Shown here: piece after piece, positions 50,633-59,895 of the stretch
How the letters are laid out: each line of letters starts with the position of its first letter
Numbering within the stretch: position 1 is the first letter of the stretch
Origin: Candidatus Latescibacterota bacterium
Lineage (GTDB): Bacteria; Latescibacterota; UBA2968; GCA-2709665
Direction of reading: 5' to 3'
Length of the DNA: 64,000 nucleotides
NCBI GenBank assembly: GCA_965248435.1
Contig: OZ252100.1
Location: 5,120,001 to 5,184,000 of the forward strand
Notes under the pieces: model-generated
Told to the model about the DNA's origin: nothing
Database searches by the model: none
The model's input: the letters and a program-made list of their open reading frames with translations, nothing else
Made by a program: the position numbers and the translations under genes

Positions 50633-51022
50633 CTAACGCGATTCGTCCTCAGTGTCAAAATGGGCCGGCATGGTGATCTCGATGACCTCCCAGTCATCGG
50701 AATACTCCAGTACCTCGTGCTTGACCCCGGGCGGCTGATACCAGGCGTCGCCGGACTCCACACGGATCTCACCGATGTCTTCGAAGTAGAGCTGTGCCCA
50801 GCCCTTGATCATGTAGACCATCTGGAAGTCCAGATCGTGGGAGTGATAGCCAATCGGGCCCTTGCAGGGTTGGTCGGCGCGAATGATGTGCGCCAACACC
50901 TTGCCTCCCGTGGCGTCCCTGATCCCCAGGTCGCGGTAGCCGAAGTAGGGCCGCAGACCGTCCTTGACCCACTGGGCATCCTTTGCGTGCGCCGCAAACG
51001 TTTTGGTCGTTTTCTCGGTCAT
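50633..51022 (-). CDS. Cupin-domain protein
   Basis: GLR..F.YRDLGI..AT.G, H.H..DFQ, GD..YQPP..KH. Confidence 0.88.
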   Translation of the reverse strand: MTEKTTKTFAAHAKDAQWVKDGLRPYFGYRDLGIRDATGGKVLAHIIRADQPCKGPIGYHSHDLDFQMVYMIKGWAQLYFEDIGEIRVESGDAWYQPPGVKHEVLEYSDDWEVIEITMPAHFDTEDESR

Positions 51023-51217
51023 CGTGCTACTCCTATCGCCATCAGATAGTGAACCTGCTATCCACGAGGATTACCCAGCCGGTGTGACGGTGGATTCGGC
51101 CGAAGCTCATCCGAGGCTTTGGTCCGACCCGGAACATGTCTTAACTGTCCGCAATTTAATCAATGATCTCGAAGGTGTCAAAAACTGTCGGTGCCCGGCC
51201 TTCTTGCAGTCATTCAG

Positions 51218-51270
51218 GCGTAACCTTTTTTCTTTGGTAATTGCGCAACTGCACCCATTTTGCTACCGTT
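51218..51270 (+). repeat. Tail-only remnant of the tRNA-att repeat
   Basis: GCGTAACCTTTTT..ATTGCGCAACTGC..CCATTTTGCTACCGTT. Confidence 0.7.
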
Positions 51271-51566
51271 CACAGACGAGCGGAAGAGTCCAGATTGTTG
51301 TCTTTCCCTACCACGAACAGGTTCGGATTAAGACCCTATGGGGTGGATTCTGCGAAGTTCGTGATACACCCCCGCGCCAGACAATATTGTTGGTTCGCTG
51401 ATACCGTAGTTGAACTAAACCGCTTCGCGGTGGCCTGCTGCAAGGCCTTTGCTCTTTGACAACCAGGATATGATACCGTGCAAGTCCGGAGCCACTTTGC
51501 AAATGGCTCTGTGCTTCGCATCCTCCTTCTGCTAACAACGTCCACCATCAGCAGAAGGAGAGAGCC

Positions 51567-52418
51567 ATGACCAAGCATCGGAAGCGAATGATCCGGGACA
51601 TGCAGTTGAAAGGTTTAGATCCGGATACGCAGAAGGCGTACGTGAGCGGAGTGGCCGGGCTGTGTCGTTACTGCAAGACACCGCCCGACCGGCTCAGCGA
51701 AGAAGAGATCCGCGCCTATCTGCACTATCTGATCACTGAGCGGAAGCTGTCCCAAAGCTATGTCAACCAGGTATACAGCGGACTGAAGTTTCTGTTCCAA
51801 ACGACGTTGAAGCGTGACTGGGTCGAGTGGGGCATCCCGCGTGCGAAGAAGGCAAAGAAGCTCCCGGTGGTACTCTCCACAGAGGAAGTGCAGCGGCTGA
51901 TCGACAGGACCAACAACCTGAAACACCGTACGCTGCTGATGGTCATTTACTCTGGTGGGCTCAGACTGAGTGAGGCCATCGGGCTAAAGCTTTCCGATAT
52001 CGACAGTGACCGGATGCTGATCCGTGTGCGGGGCAAAGGCCAAAAAGAGCGAGAGACGCTTCTGGCCCAGGAGGCGTTAAAGGCACTCCGCGTCTACTGG
52101 CGCAGCTACCAGCCTCGCGATTGGCTGTTCCCTGGCGAAAGACCGGATGCACCGCTCCACGCCCGCAGTGTCCAGAAAGTCTTCGAGCAGGCCTGCCGAC
52201 GCGCCGAGATACAAAAGCGTGCGAGTGTCCATTCTCTGCGTCACAGCTTCGCCACACATCTTCTGGACAACGGAGTGGACGTCCGTTTCGTCCAACAACT
52301 GTTGGGTCACACGAGCCTGCGAACCACCACCGTCTACCTCCACGTCACCACTCGCGATCTCACGCGTATCAGAAGCCCCCTGGACCTTTTGGGAGATGAA
52401 GACAAGCCGACCTTGTAG
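51567..52418 (+). CDS. Tyrosine recombinase with N-terminal SAM-like domain
   Basis: YSGGLRLSE, GKG.K.R, HSLRHSFATHLL, LLGH.S..TT..Y.HV. Confidence 0.95.
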   Translation: MTKHRKRMIRDMQLKGLDPDTQKAYVSGVAGLCRYCKTPPDRLSEEEIRAYLHYLITERKLSQSYVNQVYSGLKFLFQTTLKRDWVEWGIPRAKKAKKLPVVLSTEEVQRLIDRTNNLKHRTLLMVIYSGGLRLSEAIGLKLSDIDSDRMLIRVRGKGQKERETLLAQEALKALRVYWRSYQPRDWLFPGERPDAPLHARSVQKVFEQACRRAEIQKRASVHSLRHSFATHLLDNGVDVRFVQQLLGHTSLRTTTVYLHVTTRDLTRIRSPLDLLGDEDKPTL

Positions 52419-52430
52419 CAGAGGTCGGCC

Positions 52431-53615
52431 ATGTCACAGCCTCTCGAAGTCGCCGACATCTTCCGAGTCCACGGAGATGGGTATCAAGCACACTACGGTG
52501 ATCACATGCCGCTTCGGCAGAAGCGGGCCATGCGAGCCATCCAGATCTGCCGAACAGCTGCGCTGGGCGGACACGTGGAAGTGTGCGGGCAGTGCGGAAC
52601 GAAGCGGATCGCCTACAACTCCTGCCGCAACCGGCACTGTACGAAGTGCCAGTTCCTGACGACCGAACGATGGATCGACGCTCGTAAAGAGGATCTCCTT
52701 CCGATCCCATACTTCCACGTCGTCTTCACGTTGCCCGAGCCCCTGCGGCCGCTTGCTCTGCGGAACCAGAAGCTGATCTACAACCTGGTGTTTAAAGCCG
52801 CATCGCAGAGTCTTCTGGAGCTGGCGCGGGAACGGAAGTATCTTGGAGCGCAGATCGGCTTTACCGCCGTGCTTCATACATGGTCTCAGACACTCATCGA
52901 CCACCCGCATCTGCACTGTATCGTAACTGGAGGTGGGCTGACCCACGACGGTCAGGAATGGAAGGCGGCGCGACGGGGCTTCTTTCTACCCGTAAAAGTT
53001 CTGTCCCGACTGTTCCGGGGGAAGTTCCTCGCGTTCCTGAAGGACGCGCACCAGGAAGGCCTTCTGGCGTTTCCGGGATTGAGTGCTCCACTGGAAGATG
53101 CGTTCTTCGATCTGCTTCGGGGTCTTTACCAGAGGGAATGGACCGTTTACGTCAAGCCGACTTTTGCGGGTCCAGAACGCATCGTGGCCTATCTGGGACG
53201 ATACACGCACCGGATCGCCATCTCCAACCACCGGCTGGTCGCCTGTGAGGGCGACCGGGTCTCATTCCACTACCGGGACCGCCAGGCCGGCAACCGACGG
53301 AAGCTGATGACCGTCGATGCCTACGAGTTCATCCGGCGGTTCCTGCTTCACATCCTGCCGGATGGCTTCGTGAAGATCCGGCACTACGGACTGCTCAGCA
53401 ATCGGGGTCGCCGGAAAAAGCTCGCACGATGCCGTAGGCTCCTGGGCACTGTATGCACGACGGCTTCCGCAGCCACAAAGGCGACCTGGCAGGACCTTCT
53501 GTTCCGGGTAACAGGCATCGATCTTCAGGTCTGTGCGCAGTGCGGAGGCCCTATGCTCACAGTCGGAACCCTCGCGCCTCTGCGAGCGCCTCCGGCACAT
53601 GTTGCCGTAGCTTGA
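52431..53615 (+). CDS. IS91-family-like HUH transposase with Zn-binding domain
   Basis: CRTAALGG, SCRNRHC..C, FHVVFTLP, HTW...HPHLH, YLGRY.HR, RHYG.L.N. Confidence 0.93.
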   Translation: MSQPLEVADIFRVHGDGYQAHYGDHMPLRQKRAMRAIQICRTAALGGHVEVCGQCGTKRIAYNSCRNRHCTKCQFLTTERWIDARKEDLLPIPYFHVVFTLPEPLRPLALRNQKLIYNLVFKAASQSLLELARERKYLGAQIGFTAVLHTWSQTLIDHPHLHCIVTGGGLTHDGQEWKAARRGFFLPVKVLSRLFRGKFLAFLKDAHQEGLLAFPGLSAPLEDAFFDLLRGLYQREWTVYVKPTFAGPERIVAYLGRYTHRIAISNHRLVACEGDRVSFHYRDRQAGNRRKLMTVDAYEFIRRFLLHILPDGFVKIRHYGLLSNRGRRKKLARCRRLLGTVCTTASAATKATWQDLLFRVTGIDLQVCAQCGGPMLTVGTLAPLRAPPAHVAVA

Positions 53616-53820
53616 GCTCCTACACCATCCCTTGTCCGCAAGCCCAACCACCCAACACGGCAGTAGTCTGTCCACTCTTTGAGCTTGGTAGAGCGACTAT
53701 GGGATCCTGCGACATCGGCCCCTCCAAACAGCTTCAAATACGGTCCGATGACTGGGCCAGCCCAGCGGTCCTTACACAAGAATCACTCATCCAATCCCCA
53801 TAGGCAGGTGAAGCGGCTTC

Positions 53821-53895
53821 GTTCAACACCGTGTATCCGGAATCCCGCTCCCGTCCACGCTTCTCCGACTCCGGATACACGCTTAATCGTTATAC
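53821..53895 (+). other. attC-like site
   Basis: GTTCAAC (RYYYAAC)...CGTGTATCCGGA / TCCGGATACACG...GTTATAC; 75 bp. Confidence 0.6.
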
Positions 53896-54005
53896 GAAAT
53901 TACCCATCCCTAGATAGACGTGGGGCGCTGCAAAAACAGAACCACTCCTGTACTTTTATACCGCTTCTGTATTTATCTGTAACAGGTCGATAAGGGAGGG
54001 ATATT

Positions 54006-55205
54006 TTGAAAATAACTGCCATCGAGACGATCCGGATCGAAGAGTTCTCCAATATGCTGTGGGTACAGATCCATACGGATGAGGGCTTGGTAGGGCTCGG
54101 TGAGACTTTATACGGACCACAGTCCGTAGAGGGCCATATCCATGGGATCATCGCGCCCTATCTGATCGGTCAAGATCCCCTGTTAATCGATCGCCACACC
54201 AGTCATCTGATCGGCTACGTTGGATTCAACGGATCCAGCGCTGAACAGCGAGGGCGCTCGGCCATCGATATAGCTCTCTGGGACGTGTGGGGACAGGCCA
54301 CGGGCCAACCCATTCATCAGTTGTTGGGTGGGGCCGTACGGGAGGATATTCGCGTTTATAATACCTGCGGTGGCTATGGGTATGCTCGCTTTAAGCCCGT
54401 GTACGATACTTCCGGTTTCGAATTACCCGACACGGGCGCTAAGGGTCCTTACGAGGATCTAGACGCCTTCCTCAACCATGCGGACGAATTAGCGCACAGC
54501 CTGTTGGCCATGGGGATTACGGGAATGAAGATCTGGCCTTTCGATGCAGCCGCAGAGGCCTCGAACGGGGCCTACATCTCCGCAGCCGATCAGGAGCAAG
54601 CATTACTGCCGTTCGCCCAAATTCGAGAAGCCGTTGGCAACTCTATGGACGTCATGTGCGAATTGCATGGATTATGGAATCGCCCTACAGCCAAGACAAT
54701 TGTTGCTGCGTTGGAAGAATTTAATCCGCTCTGGATCGAAGACCCCGTCCAGATGGATCAGCTTGAAAGTCTGGGTGAGGTACAGGCATCGACCCGTGTG
54801 CCCATCGCTACAGGTGAAACGCTGGGGGGCAGAGCCCAATTTAAAGACTTGCTGCAGCGCAATGGGTGCGGGGTGGTGATTATGGACGTCGCTTGGTGCG
54901 GGGGCATCTCGGAAGCACGAAAGATCGGGGCCATGGCCGAAGCCTGGCATGTTCCCGTTGCCTTCCACGACTGCACCGGCCCCGTGGTGCTAGCCGCTTC
55001 GACCCATCTGGCACTTAACGCCAGAAACTGTTTCGTTCAGGAAATCGTGCGGGCCTTCTACTACGATTGGTACAAAGAGGTGGCCACTCATCTGCCGCCG
55101 CTGAAAGAAGGACGCATTTCGGCCCCCGACGGTCCTGGACTGGGGCTCAAACTCATCCCCGACAGATTAAAGACCCGTGACGTACACGTCCGGCGAAGCG
55201 AGTGA
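54006..55205 (+). CDS. Mandelate racemase/galactonate dehydratase-like enolase-superfamily enzyme
   Basis: MKITAIET, HTDEGLVGLGET, DIALWD..G, KIWPFD, WIED, GE.L, HDC.GP. Confidence 0.92.
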   Translation: MKITAIETIRIEEFSNMLWVQIHTDEGLVGLGETLYGPQSVEGHIHGIIAPYLIGQDPLLIDRHTSHLIGYVGFNGSSAEQRGRSAIDIALWDVWGQATGQPIHQLLGGAVREDIRVYNTCGGYGYARFKPVYDTSGFELPDTGAKGPYEDLDAFLNHADELAHSLLAMGITGMKIWPFDAAAEASNGAYISAADQEQALLPFAQIREAVGNSMDVMCELHGLWNRPTAKTIVAALEEFNPLWIEDPVQMDQLESLGEVQASTRVPIATGETLGGRAQFKDLLQRNGCGVVIMDVAWCGGISEARKIGAMAEAWHVPVAFHDCTGPVVLAASTHLALNARNCFVQEIVRAFYYDWYKEVATHLPPLKEGRISAPDGPGLGLKLIPDRLKTRDVHVRRSE

Positions 55206-55354
55206 GCACCAGTGATGGTGCGTGCATTATCACCGCCATGAATGTCAATATTGAGAGAGGCAACCACCCGCCTCCGCGGGACAGCAGCCGTCGGCCATGC
55301 TGACCGTTACACCCAAGCGGCCAGATTGGATAGGGCGCGCGCAGAGAGAATAGG

Positions 55355-56086
55355 ATGAATCACAAAGACGATAAACCTATCGGACTACGATCTTATGAAA
55401 GTTGGGCAGAACGCTATGCCGCGGCTGTAGACTCAAAACCTCCCAATGCACACTGTGAACGCCCTGCTATGCTGTCATTGCTCCCAGAAATCAAGGGAAA
55501 GCATGTGCTCGATGCCGGATGTGGTCCAGGTTGGTATGCTGAGCATTTAGTCTCCAGTGGCGCCAAAGTTACTGCTATTGATGTCACACCAAAGATGGTG
55601 GAAATTACAAAGGAGAGATTGGGCACGTCGGTAGATGTGTACGAGGCAGATCTGAGTAAACCTCTCGACTTTCTGGAGAGTGGATCAGTCGACTGCATCG
55701 TTTGCTCGCTAACGCTACACTACATCGAAGATTGGGCAGATGTCTTTACGGAGATGTACCGCATACTCCGCGAATCAGGCCATTTGGTGTTCTCCACACA
55801 TCATCCCTTCAACCCCTCAGTACTGGAACAAGGCAAGTACTTTGAGACAGAGCTGGTTGAAGATGTATGGGGAAGTTTTGGCAAGCCTAAAGTCAAGGTG
55901 CAGTTTTTTAATCGACCCCTAAGTGAGATGATTCTGCCCTTACATACGGCGGGTTTTCTTGTCGAACAGATTATCGAACCACTCCCTACTGAAGAATGCA
56001 AAGAACGGTATCCGGAGTTTTATAAGAGTGTGTCACAATGTCCTTGGTTTCTTTGTGTCCGAGCAAAAAAGAAATTGAAGGCATGA
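55355..56086 (+). CDS. Class I SAM-dependent methyltransferase
   Basis: VLDAGCGPG, SL.LHYIEDW, LVFSTHHP. Confidence 0.92.
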   Translation: MNHKDDKPIGLRSYESWAERYAAAVDSKPPNAHCERPAMLSLLPEIKGKHVLDAGCGPGWYAEHLVSSGAKVTAIDVTPKMVEITKERLGTSVDVYEADLSKPLDFLESGSVDCIVCSLTLHYIEDWADVFTEMYRILRESGHLVFSTHHPFNPSVLEQGKYFETELVEDVWGSFGKPKVKVQFFNRPLSEMILPLHTAGFLVEQIIEPLPTEECKERYPEFYKSVSQCPWFLCVRAKKKLKA

Positions 56087-56189
56087 GGCTATAGCGCGCG
56101 CACGGCAGCCGGCGCCTGACTGACACCTCGTTTCAGTCTGCGCCCCGCCTGGGGATGAATCTTTCACATCGCTGGGGGAATTCCACGAA

Positions 56190-57122
56190 ATGGATCGAAC
56201 CACGCTTGGCAGAACGGGCCTCGAGGTCAGCGTCGTAGGAATCGGCGCCGGAGGTCCGAGCCGGATCGGCAAGAGAACCGGTAAGACGGACCGGGAGTCG
56301 GCCGACATCGCCCTGAAGGCGTTCGAGGCCGGCGTCAACTTCATCGACACGGCTGAGGGATACGGTACCGAGCCGATCATCCGGCTGGCTCTCGAGGACA
56401 TTCCACGTGACCAGCTGATCATCTCGACCAAGAAAAGCTCGAAGGGTCGAACAGCCGACTCTGTCGTCACAAGCTGCGTAGAGAGCCTGGAGCGGCTCGG
56501 GACCGACTACATCGACGTCTACAGCCTCCACGCCGTCTTCCCCGATGACTACGCGCGATGCTGCGAAGAGCTCTACCCGGAGCTGGTCAAACTGCAGGAA
56601 GCGGGCAAGATCCGCTACATCGGCATCACGGAGACGTTCAACTCGGACAAGGCGCACGACACGCTGAAAGCCGCCCTCGCCGACGACCTGTGGGACGTCG
56701 CCATGGTCGGGTTCAACATCCTGAACCAGACCGCGCGGGACGCTGTTTTCGCGAGGGCGATCGAACAGGACGTCGGGATTCAAGTGATGTTCGCCGTTCG
56801 CACAGCAATGAGCGACCCCGCGTTCCTCGTCGAGGTAGTCGGCGGGCTGATCGAGGCCGGTCAGCTGGATGCGGGCGATCTGGACGACCTCGGCCATCCG
56901 CTCGACTTCCTCGTCCACGAGAGCGGCGCGGTCAGCATTCCCGACGCCGCCTACCGCTTCTGCCGATACGAGCCCGGCACGCACGTCATTCTGTCCGGAA
57001 CCGGCAATCCCGATCACCTGCAGGAAAACATCGCGAGCTTCGAGCGCCCACCGCTTCCTCAGGCCGACGTCGACCGCCTGAAGCACATCTTCCGCAACGT
57101 CGATTCCATCACCGGTCAGTAG
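56190..57122 (+). CDS. Aldo/keto reductase
   Basis: LGRTGLEVS, NFIDTAEGY, ISTK, SL.RLGTDYID, GKIRYIG. Confidence 0.93.
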   Translation: MDRTTLGRTGLEVSVVGIGAGGPSRIGKRTGKTDRESADIALKAFEAGVNFIDTAEGYGTEPIIRLALEDIPRDQLIISTKKSSKGRTADSVVTSCVESLERLGTDYIDVYSLHAVFPDDYARCCEELYPELVKLQEAGKIRYIGITETFNSDKAHDTLKAALADDLWDVAMVGFNILNQTARDAVFARAIEQDVGIQVMFAVRTAMSDPAFLVEVVGGLIEAGQLDAGDLDDLGHPLDFLVHESGAVSIPDAAYRFCRYEPGTHVILSGTGNPDHLQENIASFERPPLPQADVDRLKHIFRNVDSITGQ

Positions 57123-57237
57123 GTGACCGCTCGATTCGACTTCGCGGTCGTGGGGTGTGGCTGCTCTCTGCGCATTTTGTTTTCTGAGGCCACGGCCACT
57201 TCGTCAGCCCGCAGACCGAACGTTACACGCAAGCGGC
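57122..57237 (+). other. Degenerate attC-like palindrome ending CGTTACACGCAAGCGGC (the same ending occurs at 55305-55321)
   Basis: Nested TTCG/CGAA, GCGG/CCGC and GTGGCTG/CGGCCAC pairs directly after the stop codon. Confidence 0.4.
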
Positions 57238-57305
57238 GCAAGAGTTCCCACCACCCCCACTCGGATTAATTGTGCACAGGAAAAATCGGAAAGCAGGCAG
57301 ACCTA

Positions 57306-57905
57306 GTGCGTTTTCATTTTATCCGACACGGTAAGAGAGACCGCAAGATCGGCGATCCTCCATTGACATCAGAGGGTCGAGAAGAGGCAGAACTACTCGC
57401 CAGGAAGTTAGCATCAAACGGCATCGCACGAATTTTCAGCAGTCCGCTGGCACGAACAAGAGAGACAGCGGAGATCATCGCCACCATTTTGAATCTTGAA
57501 GTTACTGAAGATTCACGGCTACGTGAACGAATGAATTGGGGTGACATCGAAGGCCAACCTTTCGACGAGTTCGTAACCGAATGGGAGCGGTGTAGCAGAG
57601 AACGAGACTACCAACCCAGTGTTGGCGATTCAAGCCTTGGCGCTGGTAGACGCATTGAGGCTTTTGTATCCGATCGCTACCTTCAAGCATTCAAAGACAC
57701 TGTGATTGCGGTGACCCATGGCGGCATCCTGGCAGACTTCCTTCTCAACGTTTTCTCATCTGAAGAACTGGGTCGCGTGTGTTCGAAATTTTGTGATGAC
57801 CCATACAGTGGCGAAGTCATGCGTGAGTGCTCGATTACAACCGTTTCGTATGACGGGAACCGGCATGGACTCGACGCTGTTGGGGTCGTCCTATTTGGGG
57901 ATTAA
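57306..57905 (+). CDS. Histidine phosphatase family protein
   Basis: FIRHG, SSPL.RT.ETA, LRE, VTHGG. Confidence 0.92.
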   Translation: MRFHFIRHGKRDRKIGDPPLTSEGREEAELLARKLASNGIARIFSSPLARTRETAEIIATILNLEVTEDSRLRERMNWGDIEGQPFDEFVTEWERCSRERDYQPSVGDSSLGAGRRIEAFVSDRYLQAFKDTVIAVTHGGILADFLLNVFSSEELGRVCSKFCDDPYSGEVMRECSITTVSYDGNRHGLDAVGVVLFGD

Positions 57906-57994
57906 TTCTGAGCAGAAGTCGAATATTCACTACGTTTACGGCGGTCCAGCATATATCAAACTTATCTTGAATGTGATCCCTATCAGGAGTGATC

Positions 57995-58155
57995 ATGGTT
58001 GCCCGTGAAGTGGAGAGAGTTGAAGTCGTTGACTATGACGAATTATGGCCCGCCGCATTCCAGAGAGGACGTGAAGTGCTCATCAATGCGATCGGCGAGT
58101 ACGTGGTTGGCAGCATTCAACACGTCGGCAGTACTTCAGTTCACGGGCCCACTGG
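57995..58155 (+). pseudogene. N-terminal fragment of a GrpB-family nucleotidyltransferase-like gene
   Basis: VEVVDYD..WP..F....L...IQHVGSTSV.G, after which the similarity is lost. Confidence 0.75.
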
Positions 58156-58333
58156 CTTCAGAAAGGTGGAGAGCTGTATAACAAGCCAACGCACTACGAC
58201 TCCAGACGAATTGCCTGTGTTTCATCAACGAATTCATAAACACAGGCTATTTTTGTTGATCGGCGACGGAGGACGAAGCGATCTTTCACGACCACGCAGA
58301 CATAGTCACAGATTAAATCCGTAAGGAGGTCAA

Positions 58334-58846
58334 ATGCCACTCAAATACAAAGAAGGCCAGACGTTTCCATCGATCAGCTTGATCGACGATCGAGGGAACG
58401 AAGTTTCGATTGCAGAGGTGGCGAGCCGACAGCCGCTGATCCTTGCGTTCTACCGCGGGCCCTGGTGACCGAAGTGACAGGTTCAACTGAAGGAACTGGT
58501 CCAGTTCCATACACGAACAGAAGTGGCTTCCTGCCGAATCGCCGTCGTTTCCGTGGATCCCCCAAGGGTTCAGGAAGCTTTCAAAGCGGGTTTGGGTGCT
58601 CGGTTCCCCTTTCTGAGTGACGAGAATCTGACGCTCACCGACGAGCTCGGCATCCGCGAGTCGACGGATACGCGTCACGGTCCGCTGCCCGTGCCCTTTA
58701 CGTTCGCGCTGCTGCCCGATCTGACCATTCATCGAATTTTCAACGGTTGGTACTTTGTCGGCAGACCCACGCCGGATGAGCTGAGGATCACGATTCGGGA
58801 AATGATGGCCAGGGCCGTGAAGGACCTCGACTTCAGGGGAGAGTAA
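58334..58846 (+). CDS. AhpC/TSA-like redoxin with two in-frame TGA codons (W-U-P-K-U), probable UxxU selenoprotein
   Basis: RBS AAGGAGGT; LILAFYRGPW-TGA(58466)-PK-TGA(58475)-QVQL, in frame with ORF 58523..58846 (VSVD, FPFLSD). Confidence 0.85.
58492..58508 (+). promoter_or_regulatory. Putative SECIS hairpin GGAACTG-GTC-CAGTTCC
   Basis: Perfect 7-bp stem 14 nt after the second TGA; GGTC apex as in the other two. Confidence 0.7.
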
Positions 58847-58968
58847 GACGGCGATTTGGCCCTGAATGAAGTCACACGCGCCAATTTTCTTTCTGCCTGT
58901 AACGAAAAAGGAGGGGCCAGGGGCAGTTCTGACGATAAGATTGTTCATAGCCCCCACTAGCCTCTACC

Positions 58969-59067
58969 GGGCAGTGGGGCGCGCCCCGTCGGGGTTCGAA
59001 TCCCCGCTTCGGCACCCATGAAAAAACGAAGGGTTACGTCATCAAGACGTAACCCCATTTTTGTGCC
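58969..59067 (+). repeat. tRNA-Leu 3' half + conserved hairpin, unit 4
   Basis: GGGCAGTGGGGCGCGCCCCGTCGGGGTTCGAATCCCCGCTTCGGCACC..AAGGGTTACGTCATCAAGACGTAACCCC. Confidence 0.92.
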
Positions 59068-59114
59068 TCGAAACCTCGGCGTCCGTATAGCGTCCATTCA
59101 ACCTTACGCCTCAC

Positions 59115-59423
59115 TCAGAGTTGGAGCGCCTTCTCTATCTTATCCTCCTTTTCCTCGGGCTGCTGCTGGCCTTGCATACGAAGGCCAAGGTCATCCATGA
59201 TCTCCTTCATACGGTTGATGCGTTCCTCCGTCTCCTCCATCTCTTCGGTTACTTCGGCCAGCCCATCCTTAGCGGACTTAAGTCTTTTCCGAGCGCCCAC
59301 CAGGCCTGACTTGACGCTGATCAGTCGCTGCTCAAGCTTTCGCTTTCCAAACGAGGTGTAGTACTTGACGACGACCACAGCGAAAAGAGCTACGGCAACC
59401 CAAATCATAGTCCAAAACCCCAT
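59115..59423 (-). CDS. Small membrane-anchored coiled-coil protein
   Basis: N-terminal TM followed by a heptad-rich charged helix. Confidence 0.7.
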   Translation of the reverse strand: MGFWTMIWVAVALFAVVVVKYYTSFGKRKLEQRLISVKSGLVGARKRLKSAKDGLAEVTEEMEETEERINRMKEIMDDLGLRMQGQQQPEEKEDKIEKALQL

Positions 59424-59801
59424 TGAGGGACTGAGTCAGATGGCTCACGAAAAACATCGTCCAGTTCCTATGTACGGCTTCCTCAAAGGTATGTCAAACA
59501 GTATCCTCAAACTCCTCTCCAGCCTGTCGCGTTCCTGACAGAAAATTGAGACCTGTTTTTTCAGTCTGATAGCGTTATCAGATACAACGTGCCGATCTCT
59601 GCTAAGGTCGAGAAAACTCTTAAGTACACGTGCAGAAAGAGGCTACACCTCGCCAGTTGCCGAGACGCATCTGTTGGTGCTGCCAGTATTAAGATAGAGC
59701 CTACTCTCTCTGAATCGTCAAGTTCAGTTCCTCGAATACGGGCTGGAACCGCAGGTCCCTCACTTCTGCCGCCGGCCGCTCCCTTGGCCGCTCTCCCTGC
59801 A

Positions 59802-59830
59802 TTGACAAGCTGGTGAGTCCAGCCTAGATT
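59802..59830 (+). promoter_or_regulatory. Putative sigma-70 promoter
   Basis: TTGACA-N17-TAGATT, 65 bp upstream of 59896. Confidence 0.55.
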
Positions 59831-59895
59831 AGCGCCTGTGAACAGTGCGCTGAATCAAACTTCCTGTCCCTTATCGTCATAAGAAAGAAGGAAAA

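Larger units (their letters stand above)
51361..53827 (+). mobile_element. Tyrosine recombinase + IS91-like (Y2) transposase element
   Basis: Two-gene arrangement; imperfect inverted repeats GTTGAACTAAACCGC (51409-51423) and GCGGCTTCGTTCAAC (53813-53827); left boundary approximate. Confidence 0.8.

Noticed and set aside
51567-52418. Recombinase as integron integrase IntI or as the tRNA-island integrase
   Set aside because: At 283 aa it shows no IntI-specific insertion or arm-binding domain, and it is coupled to the IS91-like transposase.
1127-58477. Genome-wide TGA reassignment (genetic code 4 or 25)
   Set aside because: Many genes (pgk, both STAS genes, ABC ATPase) end at TGA at the expected position and Trp uses TGG; in-frame TGAs appear only at redox Cys positions.
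38127-59067. tRNA-derived repeats as extra tRNA genes or a CRISPR array
   Set aside because: The copies lack the 5' acceptor strand and D arm; spacing is 2-10 kb with genes in between; no cas genes.
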